From: Candidatus Micrarchaeota archaeon
GTDB lineage: Archaea; Iainarchaeota; Iainarchaeia; Iainarchaeales; JAGVWC01
Direction: 5' to 3'
Assembly (NCBI GenBank): GCA_043803815.1
Contig: JAZDJR010000014.1
Location: 32,001-96,000 of the forward strand
DNA: 64,000 bases
A program made the position numbers and the translations under genes. Positions 57,601-64,000 of the stretch are shown here, piece by piece (position 1 is the first letter of the stretch; the number at the start of each line of letters is the position of its first letter). Under the pieces are notes generated by a model. The model was given only the letters and a program-made list of their open reading frames with translations, was not told where the DNA came from and searched no databases.

Positions 57601-60600
57601 CAAACTGCGCGTTTAACAGCCGGTTAAAATCATTTGAAAAACCCGCTTTTGAAATCCGCAAGGGAAATTGGGTCTGGTTGGTAATCGTAAAATCGCGTTC
57701 GAACCCGAACACTCCGGTTACGGTCAGTGTTTCGTCCACCGAATCGGGGACAATCGACAAAATATTCGTGGTAACCTGCCATTGATGTTCCGCGGTTTTA
57801 AATCCCGGCTTTCGTGCGGTAACTTTTACAACCGCTCCGGGCTGGGGGGACTGCAAAGTATAATGGAAAACTCCCGCGCCGTCCGTCAGGCCGCTTGTGA
57901 CAATTGTTCCGTCAACGGCAATGTCCACGTTGGCTCCGCTGATGGCGTTGTTCTGGTCGGGTTCCGAATAACGGATAATCAAATCGTTGTCCAAAAACGG
58001 CGCCAAGGTTTTGGGCAAAACCGCAAGCATGGTCGGCTTTGCGGCTTCGACATTAATTGAAACGGTTTTTTGGAATGCGACCTGGCTGTTGGACTTGACC
58101 GTCAAATCCAAAGTGCTCGGCCCGTCGTTGACGGTTGCAAAAGCGATTTCGCCAAACAGGCTTGAATTTTCGCCGAAATCCGCAACAGGAATTGCGATGC
58201 TTGCTTCGCCGTTAAACGAACCGCTTTTGACCGCGCCCTGGGCATCCGTAATACGGTAAGTGTTCATGGATAGCCCGCCGCTTAAATTGGCAAGTTCAAG
58301 TGAGGACTGCGAAAACGCGGTCGCGGAATTATTTATCAAGGAGAAAAATAATTTGTAGTTTTGCCCCGATTTGGCTGGATACTCGTCCACTACCGCGGAG
58401 CGAAGGTTGGCCGCGGTGTCCTCGATAATCAAACTGTAGCAAAAATTGCTGGTGCAAAGACTCGATGGTCCGACGGAAAAAAACTTGTCGTTGGTTTTCG
58501 CGTACAATCCCTGCTTGACCGGAACGCTTTCGCTGTTGCCCAAAGTCTGGTCAATCGGAAAGCGGACATAAGAATCGCTTTTGCCCCAGGCGCGATAGCT
58601 GAACGGCAAAGAAGCGCCGGTCGGGGCTGAAGAAAGAACCTGCACCTGCGCTTCGATTTGGTAAACTCCGCCTTTCGGGTTTTTGAAAACGATATTGGCC
58701 CACTTGGAAACTCCGGTCGTTACTTTGGTCGCGTCCTGTGCAAAACCGGTGGGCGGGGAAAACGAAAGTCCTTTGAGAACGCTACTGGCCGCGGCATTTA
58801 CTTTGATAATGTTCCAGTAATCGGATTCCATCAGGTTCGTGATGCGTTCCTGCGCGTTTCCTGTGCGGATATGCACGCCGGCTTCGGACAAGGAAGCGTT
58901 TGCGGGAACAAGCAATAATAATCGGGCGGTGTATTGCTGGCCGGATGAAAGCGCGTCGGAGGATTTTTCTTCGTTGACATACAATCCGTCCAAAACTACT
59001 TCAAAGCGCACGATATCCTGCCGCAGCCGCACATTTACGGTTATGGAACTGTCCGCGGGAGGCGTAACGGGAACGGTCGTAAACCGGCTGTAATTGCTTG
59101 CGGTTATTTCAAAGAAAACTTTTTTGTCCTGGCGGATGAGAAATTCTGCTTTGCCGTCGACTCCGGAATTTTTTTTATCGAGTTCCTGGCCTGAAAATTG
59201 GTCTACCGCTCGGACGCTTGCGCCTTTGACCGCGGTGCCGCTTGTATCCGTTACCATCACATCGACGGTTCCACTTCCAATCGGAAGAATAATCGTCAAT
59301 TGGTTGATTTGGCGGTCGGCAACCGTAACCACGCTTGAAGTTACGCTATCAAATCCTTCCTTGACCGCGTCCGCATAATAATTTCCCGGCTGCAATCTGG
59401 TAAACGTCGCTTTGCCGTCGATTCCGGTTCCGATTGCTTCGGACGCGGAATCTCCGCTAGGCGAGGACTTGAGCAAAACCTGCACGTTTTCAACCGGCTT
59501 GTTGGACTGGTCGGTGACCAAGACTTCCAGGGTTGTTTGCTGGCCGTCGCTTAACGGCTGCAATAATACTTCAATAATCGAATCGCTTTTTCCAAGGCTA
59601 TTGAGCGTTGCAATCAGGTAACCGGGATTGTCGAATCGCACGGAATAAACATTTCCTGAATCGCTGACTCCGAATTCCGCATAGCCCGCGGCATCCGTTG
59701 AAGTGTTAAACAAGGTTACCCCGTTTTTTTGCAGGTAAACCGCGGTGTTGGGAACGGGCTGCCTGGTGGCCGCGTCTTTTACCGTAAATTTTATTTTGCC
59801 CGCAACGACCATGGAGAGTTTGGCGGAAAAATTCGTAACCGCATTGGCGGTGACATCCTTGATGTCGTTGACCGCGCTGGAATCATAATCCGCAAAATTC
59901 ACGCTGGAATAGGTTACAATGTAATAGCGCCCCACGGGAACTTCTTCGAATGTGGCGGTTCCGTTTGGCCCCGTGGTTCTTCCGGAAAACGGGACTCCGG
60001 CCTGGCTTCCCGTTGCGCGCAGCAACCGGATATTGACTCCGGCCGCGGGTTGCCCGCTTTGGTCGGTCAGAGAAACAACAACGGTTCCTTTAGCCGCGCT
60101 TTCTTCGGCAATCGAAAGGTTCGCGATTCCGGGGGACAAAAAATCCACGGTTCCGGTGCTGAAAGTTACTCCCGCGGTTCCGGGTGTTGCAATCAGTGTT
60201 CCGCAGTCGTTGGGAATATTCTCGACCGTAATAATTCCGTTGTTGGTCGTGGTCGGATAATTAAAACTCGGATTCGCGCTGCACGTGAACGTTACACTGA
60301 CGGGATCGGTGAACAACGCGCCGGTCACGCCGTGAACCAGATGAACGGTTTTGGAATAGGTTTGGTTTTGCGGGTCCAACAAAATTTTTCGCTCGACCGA
60401 ATCGCTGTCCGCGAAAAGCTTTATGTTCTGCTGGATAAAACCGTCTTTGGAAACCGTAATGTCCAGCTGGGTTTTTTTCGGGAATTCGCGCCTGACTTTT
60501 CCCTGGCTGTCGGTTAACAGCGGAATGGGCGCATTCGTGCCGACGCCGATTGAAACGCTCGCGCCTTCCAAAGCGGTTCCCTGATTATCGGTTACGGTCA

Positions 60601-60832
60601 ATAGCACCGAAGAATTGCCCGCGAAAAAGCCCCCGAACGCGGCTGAAAAAAGCAGGTACAATACTATTAATACTAAAATAATGAAAACGGGAAAGCTTGG
60701 AATGCCGGTGGATTCGATTGCGTCCACGACTTTGTAAACTGGAATGCCTTTTTCGTCAACCCAGTCCAGCATCCGATAATAGCGGTCTTCGAGGGAAAAA
60801 TAGGCTCCTTTGATTGAATCCGTTACACCCAT
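51692..60832 (-). CDS. Giant (3046 aa) membrane-anchored surface protein with carboxypeptidase-regulatory-like repeats, cupredoxin insert, Gly/Tyr-rich region and C-terminal CAP/SCP domain
   Basis: YSPSTLTVNQGDTV...HGITI...FPITCGTCSQGTH (cupredoxin); LVNAERQKQNL...WNNSSGHRQNMLNPNVTQIGVG (CAP). Confidence 0.9.
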   Translation of the reverse strand: MGVTDSIKGAYFSLEDRYYRMLDWVDEKGIPVYKVVDAIESTGIPSFPVFIILVLIVLYLLFSAAFGGFFAGNSSVLLTVTDNQGTALEGASVSIGVGTNAPIPLLTDSQGKVRREFPKKTQLDITVSKDGFIQQNIKLFADSDSVERKILLDPQNQTYSKTVHLVHGVTGALFTDPVSVTFTCSANPSFNYPTTTNNGIITVENIPNDCGTLIATPGTAGVTFSTGTVDFLSPGIANLSIAEESAAKGTVVVSLTDQSGQPAAGVNIRLLRATGSQAGVPFSGRTTGPNGTATFEEVPVGRYYIVTYSSVNFADYDSSAVNDIKDVTANAVTNFSAKLSMVVAGKIKFTVKDAATRQPVPNTAVYLQKNGVTLFNTSTDAAGYAEFGVSDSGNVYSVRFDNPGYLIATLNSLGKSDSIIEVLLQPLSDGQQTTLEVLVTDQSNKPVENVQVLLKSSPSGDSASEAIGTGIDGKATFTRLQPGNYYADAVKEGFDSVTSSVVTVADRQINQLTIILPIGSGTVDVMVTDTSGTAVKGASVRAVDQFSGQELDKKNSGVDGKAEFLIRQDKKVFFEITASNYSRFTTVPVTPPADSSITVNVRLRQDIVRFEVVLDGLYVNEEKSSDALSSGQQYTARLLLLVPANASLSEAGVHIRTGNAQERITNLMESDYWNIIKVNAAASSVLKGLSFSPPTGFAQDATKVTTGVSKWANIVFKNPKGGVYQIEAQVQVLSSAPTGASLPFSYRAWGKSDSYVRFPIDQTLGNSESVPVKQGLYAKTNDKFFSVGPSSLCTSNFCYSLIIEDTAANLRSAVVDEYPAKSGQNYKLFFSLINNSATAFSQSSLELANLSGGLSMNTYRITDAQGAVKSGSFNGEASIAIPVADFGENSSLFGEIAFATVNDGPSTLDLTVKSNSQVAFQKTVSINVEAAKPTMLAVLPKTLAPFLDNDLIIRYSEPDQNNAISGANVDIAVDGTIVTSGLTDGAGVFHYTLQSPQPGAVVKVTARKPGFKTAEHQWQVTTNILSIVPDSVDETLTVTGVFGFERDFTITNQTQFPLRISKAGFSNDFNRLLNAQFVQDIAGQTLESGKDNNFSIRVELTDLAKRLLAPVTIKGDMIIVTENPNANLSWPNTVPITVHIGFGGEVTDSKCLTIEPVNWNIRTASTKNQALELKITNTCQVSNGSVSLRNLEAFLQQPASQNPLGAFVLSGELTDGSALANTSLEGMGIAAGGTTFGNTNIIDNSASGSNSTAAQTKTFTVNITHLGGYSPSTLTVNQGDTVIINATTEPGTEGHGHGITIDAFGINQQITSSTAPQTIRFVASQSGTFPITCGTCSQGTHYQLGGPAFNGTLIVNSVSASSQAANPTGKKANLQISHPVSVTLTNRPQIVAPLLAANSESVVFITFTPDASIKTGSGELKIILRGQHVSNNGVQPIVAILATTIQVSDLTACVEIVPPQITVYSTSPGIGNGIYGQYGYGGAGYYGAAGGYGGTDGYGSGMGSYGGGLYGAQGSGYGGGNYGIGSAINGGQYGYGGYGSATGPYTGGSYGGISGLGTYGTPGAFGSGNYGSGYNTYSGSPYGSGGSNTGMNRFDFTGGYNNYQSQLQSGYGSVNGNPTTVNYPEQLYSNNYPYAGYSQPSYDTWSPVASNGSIPNYNGYSSQYGQQFGGQFGNFNQFNSMYGRNNQFRILNHCQAQIEISFEPDPALLVDQPVLNLEPDAEQIVHVESTQYYGIYPLKVKGKLKDSKDTRENVGQLLVNVMPSGDPSLYDNCIQLNKRKFQFNDFVAKPQRATVINTCFSQGVRIDLDSIAFSNQGYGDQLAYQTGNPGLAASIEPLNLQTVPSGVGQYYQVLDFELYKNIDYRPQQIPIGGSITDSVLGIRSFASQSLNRAQGRAQLIVQYMTPDGYVGRKMFLVELQDMWSALPEIADFGNPAISPQQCVDPNELDYGACLTDADFGAKKTYSYSERQALRIGQNPYRNVPIAANGAGSADMDGGIFGQNAYGPGGANYAGVRNPNVSALPIASSVYASPYSTSITNPLGPTMQPSYASTTLPQPYPYYAQNYTLPSAAPVGIPASALNVCSPTDSIQIQTKSFEVGGVKFTFETGAGKQSSISGNSGNSAIKLTVDKTNAKGKGEARLNEKIKATVTRQTPFGTYSIEIPVKACVTLGDQNQGPGGPGGPGGTPVPGNNAPGTPTVDTKQADICSGTASNRATGTDEYNKSGLNLLLFNWNDNLGLSGDAATNGKACDVVASTQNYYCDGVQNTIELAKKTNKIKQLITKDLLAITTTNKDTLTKIFGEKLSEFQNTGNLVLWKSQLSNAIIDNANFDAASNKFIANPSNNKEAKAFFLKDNATITLKDIASTKDIEGAITNFKKPDATPADKINAMQQILNGLAQDPNYKNKITVEVTLTNSTENKDFIASAQSLGAEPLVSIPAIVPGKPENVTLVFTLNEFGYLHQQFKTCATNNEPTCKIESLVKKDPKVTGLYDYSAKFLETLANANLTPKIAVAVTKEWNNNKDAAEFKKAQDASPIKELLEKEPQVTLLDTLSNSKGDIKSNLIADNYSLAFKTDFAAYYGATGSQEFRTTAGTVKEWNFQIGNNTPATSQPSSTPSAIDSGVYVQTIEYSWKTTEGSSTVKITKALTAETKLLNNPLLQNPLDASLQNSQSRDYGTAFSKTTDELLFSSGTERFSPINGTSTFKQFTLSIFKDTANAESSQGRLLSINQTTAIYSPTVPYGFVLTHSGGKTGTLFKFSDAALNGKINWAGVNEGQSTPKQACNLVGDSQYSFLNNNYNGNLYLPIGIQKTTFSLGCAASSATMTIYQGALTANAGALKPTVLTANNKELFLATGTTNLPFEKVEIGTYNLKDIASAIKENKVCVKATIDTLELYWNPVYTLPSQAGGAAVTPPAGNNTNPPAAGNNNSAEKKKLVELVNAERQKQNLAALTENDFLDRQSQTWSEHLLSVGTIDHSTFAPENTATFFNPAGISTIDASQKFFDQWNNSSGHRQNMLNPNVTQIGVGIACSLNACFGVTQFGTSN

Positions 60833-60969
60833 CCAATCACTTCGTAATCCGATAAGATTAACCCCAAAACGGCTTTTTATTCTTATTCTTCAGGGGTACC
60901 CAAAAAGCCGTTTTTTCCTGTCCAAACAACGCAATTGGACTTTTTATGCCTTTGTGAAAAACCCTTCAG

Positions 60970-62523
60970 TTAGGATGTTTCGCAGGAATATCCGCCCGTG
61001 CAGCCGCCGCCCGCCGTGGCGCATTTTGGATAGCACATCGGAAGCGGGGGAAGCGGCACATATCTTCCACTCCCAGCAAAGTCAGTATCGGTTATTAAAA
61101 CGCGGTAATTTTCAGTATTGTTTTTGTTTACGCGGTACAACTGGTTTTTCTCGTTGTAAATAAAAGTTAAGCCGACTCCCTGCAGCGAAGAACAAAAAGT
61201 GTATGTGCTGCTCTCGGTGGGTAAATTGATTTCCGTGTTTCGACGGCCGTTCGGTGATTCCACACGGATATCGGTAAAATTGACTTTCACGCAATGGATG
61301 TTGGCGGGGTCTGGGCAGGGAGCGGTGTTGGGAGCGGTGTCGAGCGGGTCGTTCATTTCGTTGGTCGTTAAAAACAGCCAATTCAAATAATCCTGCACCT
61401 GTGCTCGAACTGCAAGGCTCGTGTTTGGCGGCTCCCACGGTTTATACGTAGCGGGCCCCGAGAAAACGGACTGTGGAATCGTAAGTGTCGTATCCCGTTC
61501 TCCGGAAGTCCCAGACAAAAGACCGCTGGAAGTTCTGGGGCAAATATGGTCGCTCCAGTTTCCGCTGTTAGAACCAAATGGATCGGTGCGGGGCTTGCAC
61601 GAGTTCGGGTCGCAGATGCCAAGTCCCGCGCCCTGCAGTTTGCTTCGTATTGTGGAATCAAAAACGGTTACGTCCGCGATTTTTTTGGCGTGCGCGACCG
61701 CCTTGAAAATCCGAATCGGCATGTAAATCCGGATGTTGCGGCGCGGCAAAATCGCGGTGTACAAAAAATTTTTGGTGGCAACGTTTTGCACCTGTATTTT
61801 TGGCAGGCTTTCGTAAATAGATTCATCCAGTTCGCAATTGGCATAATTGTCGCTTGCATTGCAATTATTGGGGTCAAACGCTCCTTTGCTTAAGTCCACG
61901 TTCACGTAAAAAGTACCGGTGTAGCAGTTCAGTTCGTCGGCGCAGTCGATTACTTCAAAAAACTTTTTTCCGGGAACCGATGTGGAATTCTGAATGGATA
62001 GCTTGAGCGCTTCCTCCATCTTATCCTTGTCAATTATCAGTTTCATGGTGTAGCGGCCGAAGCTTCCGCCTTCGGACAAAGTGCCGACCATGTTGTTGGT
62101 GAGTTCGTGCGCAAACTGCTGGTTGCAGGGCTGTCCCGCAATCGCGCATCCGCCACCGAAATTAACGGAAACATAATTGTCCACGAGTTTTTGCCAGCAT
62201 TTTTTTCGTTCCGTATCGTTTGGAGCCGGGTCGCATCCGAGGCTGGGCTGTAGCGGGAAATAATTTTCCTGCGACGGGTTCGTGAGCCAGCCTTCCATGC
62301 GCAGGCGCAAATTATACGTGAACACCTGCAAAGCATCCGCGCGCGCCAAATCGGCAATCGCCTGCATCTGGCTTTGCTGTTCCAAATCCGAAACAGTTGC
62401 AATTGCTTTGTCTTCGGTTTGCGTCATTGCGTTGGTCAAAAGGACGGCTAAAATAATCAGGACAAACGAGACCAATGCGGTGAACAGGTTAAACGCCGAT
62501 TGATTCAGGAATCGCTTGGCCAT
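60970..62523 (-). CDS. Secreted Cys-rich protein with possible class III (pilin-like) signal peptide
   Basis: MAKRFLNQSA|FNLFTALVSFVLIILAVLL followed by a Cys-rich ectodomain. Confidence 0.7.
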   Translation of the reverse strand: MAKRFLNQSAFNLFTALVSFVLIILAVLLTNAMTQTEDKAIATVSDLEQQSQMQAIADLARADALQVFTYNLRLRMEGWLTNPSQENYFPLQPSLGCDPAPNDTERKKCWQKLVDNYVSVNFGGGCAIAGQPCNQQFAHELTNNMVGTLSEGGSFGRYTMKLIIDKDKMEEALKLSIQNSTSVPGKKFFEVIDCADELNCYTGTFYVNVDLSKGAFDPNNCNASDNYANCELDESIYESLPKIQVQNVATKNFLYTAILPRRNIRIYMPIRIFKAVAHAKKIADVTVFDSTIRSKLQGAGLGICDPNSCKPRTDPFGSNSGNWSDHICPRTSSGLLSGTSGERDTTLTIPQSVFSGPATYKPWEPPNTSLAVRAQVQDYLNWLFLTTNEMNDPLDTAPNTAPCPDPANIHCVKVNFTDIRVESPNGRRNTEINLPTESSTYTFCSSLQGVGLTFIYNEKNQLYRVNKNNTENYRVLITDTDFAGSGRYVPLPPLPMCYPKCATAGGGCTGGYSCETS

Positions 62524-62622
62524 GAATACTCCAACGAAATCCTAATTATTAAGAATTTGCGGGAAATCGGCGGCAGGAACCCAAAACCAAAAATAAGTTA
62601 TGTAGCATTTGAGTGGGGTTTT

Positions 62623-64000
62623 TCAGCGTGGCGGGGTCGGAGCGGGTGAACCGTTTGGATTGGCTCCTGTCGGGTTTGGCGTTGAACTTGGATTGCTTGG
62701 AGCTTGATTACCTGCGGGCCTGCTGGGTGCGGGTATTTCGTTTGAAGAACCGTATTTGACAAACAGCTTAGGGTCCAAGGGCTTAGTCGCGTAGGTGCCG
62801 TCGCAGTCACTCGTCAGGTAGTTTGCTTTTGCGGGAACGTCTTTTGGATTGACTTCGTCAATGGCCCATGTCCGCTGGGGCTGTCCGTTCACGGTTGTTT
62901 CCTTGATGGTGGCGCGGTACAATTTTCCTTTTTTCAAAATCGCGTCTTTTTGCAAATCGCCGTTCGCGTTGACCAACGGCTTTCCGTCGGGCCCGACTTG
63001 CGGCGTTCCGACGACTTGTTCGGTCGGAACATTAACGGGATTTTCGGCAAGGCCGTTTTTCCATGCCCATTCGCCAGCCGCGTTAGCGGCTGTTCCGCAC
63101 AAAATTCCGCGTCCGAGGTTGACGGCAAACTTTCTGAACTTTTTAAACCCGCTTAAGTCCGCGGTTTTTCCTTCCAATAATTTTTTGGCAAATCCGCCCG
63201 CATCTTTTTCAAGATTGACCCCGATTTTTTTCAAGGTCGCGTCCGGAACGGAAGAAGCAAGGTCTGAGTAAATTTTTTTGTACGCTTCAACCGAAAGGTT
63301 GTTGATTCCTTTTTTTCTCGGAATGGTTTTGTATTGCGTAAGCGCGCTTGTGGCGGTATTTTTAAAAGCAACTTTGTCCGCGGCCGAAACCGTTCCGCCG
63401 AGGCTTGTGATTTCGGATTCCATTCGGTTCGCGATTCCGCTTGCAATCGTCGGCAGGTCGGCATCGGTAAACGAGCTTGCGATTCCGCCCGCTCCGAGCT
63501 TTTCAACCAACGCGGTCCGCACCTGTTCGGAGCCGAATCCTTTGGGAAGAGTTTTGTACCCGTTTTTAATCGCCAAATCAAACAATCGCTTGTCTAAGGC
63601 GGGCGCGGTCTTGTCGATGGCGGCTTTGATTGCATCGTCTGCCGCGGCGTCCAGTTCTTTAAGCGTAATTCCCTTGGTCCCGAACTTGAAAAATCCGCGG
63701 CTTTCTTTTTGTGCTAATGCTTCCTTGATAGCGGGTTCCAATTCGCCTTTGATTGCATTTCTCAATTCGCTTCTGGCGCCGATACTTGTGAATGATAATT
63801 GTTCTTTGGCAACCTGATCCGCAATCTGGCTTGAAAAATCCGCAGCCGCAGTTGATGCCCAGACCCTGGTAGTCGTTTTATAATTTAACCAGTTGAATTT
63901 TACCGGTATCGCGCGGAGCAGTGTTTTCGCTCCGACGCCGCCGACTGCGCTGTTTTGCAAATCGTTAAAAATGGCTTGCTGGTCGGGTGTTAAGTTGCCT
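62623..64000 (-). CDS. C-terminal part of a large Ala/Gly/Lys-rich protein (starts beyond the window)
   Basis: Open frame to the window edge; helical Ala/Lys-rich region, GRGILCGTAANAAG segment and Pro-rich tail. Confidence 0.72.
   Translation of the reverse strand, partial: GNLTPDQQAIFNDLQNSAVGGVGAKTLLRAIPVKFNWLNYKTTTRVWASTAAADFSSQIADQVAKEQLSFTSIGARSELRNAIKGELEPAIKEALAQKESRGFFKFGTKGITLKELDAAADDAIKAAIDKTAPALDKRLFDLAIKNGYKTLPKGFGSEQVRTALVEKLGAGGIASSFTDADLPTIASGIANRMESEITSLGGTVSAADKVAFKNTATSALTQYKTIPRKKGINNLSVEAYKKIYSDLASSVPDATLKKIGVNLEKDAGGFAKKLLEGKTADLSGFKKFRKFAVNLGRGILCGTAANAAGEWAWKNGLAENPVNVPTEQVVGTPQVGPDGKPLVNANGDLQKDAILKKGKLYRATIKETTVNGQPQRTWAIDEVNPKDVPAKANYLTSDCDGTYATKPLDPKLFVKYGSSNEIPAPSRPAGNQAPSNPSSTPNPTGANPNGSPAPTPPR

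Noticed and set aside
1-64000. CRISPR array, rRNA genes, integrase or transposase
   Set aside because: No regularly spaced repeats, rRNA signatures or recombinase/transposase motifs seen. Any enzyme mobilising the repeats would have to be encoded elsewhere.

Overview
A 64-kb chromosomal segment of an archaeon, most likely a DPANN lineage such as Iainarchaeota/Diapherotrites. This is inferred from BHB-type tRNA introns, C1:G72 tRNA-Tyr, archaeal PolB, type II MetAP, GGTGA ribosome-binding sites and giant surface proteins. The first ~27 kb holds housekeeping genes (DEAD-box helicase, serS, hisS, map, csaA, polB, SSB, a divergent rpiA), nine tRNA genes (four with 37/38 introns of 21, 82, 107 and 168 nt) and several toxin-antitoxin modules or remnants. 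The rest encodes a 1.6-kaa S8 protease/adhesin, a degenerate HerA-like ATPase with a run of five small membrane proteins, and two paralogous giant (2659 and 3046 aa) membrane-anchored surface proteins. The main observations are: (1) a short palindromic repeat found only at tRNA genes, inside the three long introns, beside tRNA ends, and once between a 19-bp duplication of the tRNA-Arg 3' end; (2) a second dispersed repeat with fixed ends and variable hairpin cargo, next to accessory genes; (3) two free-standing LAGLIDADG endonuclease genes that each run into the 3' half of a tRNA gene on the opposite strand; (4) an ~87-nt structured RNA candidate with its own TATA box; (5) a PolB with His in place of the steric-gate Tyr. 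All alignments and folds were done by eye.
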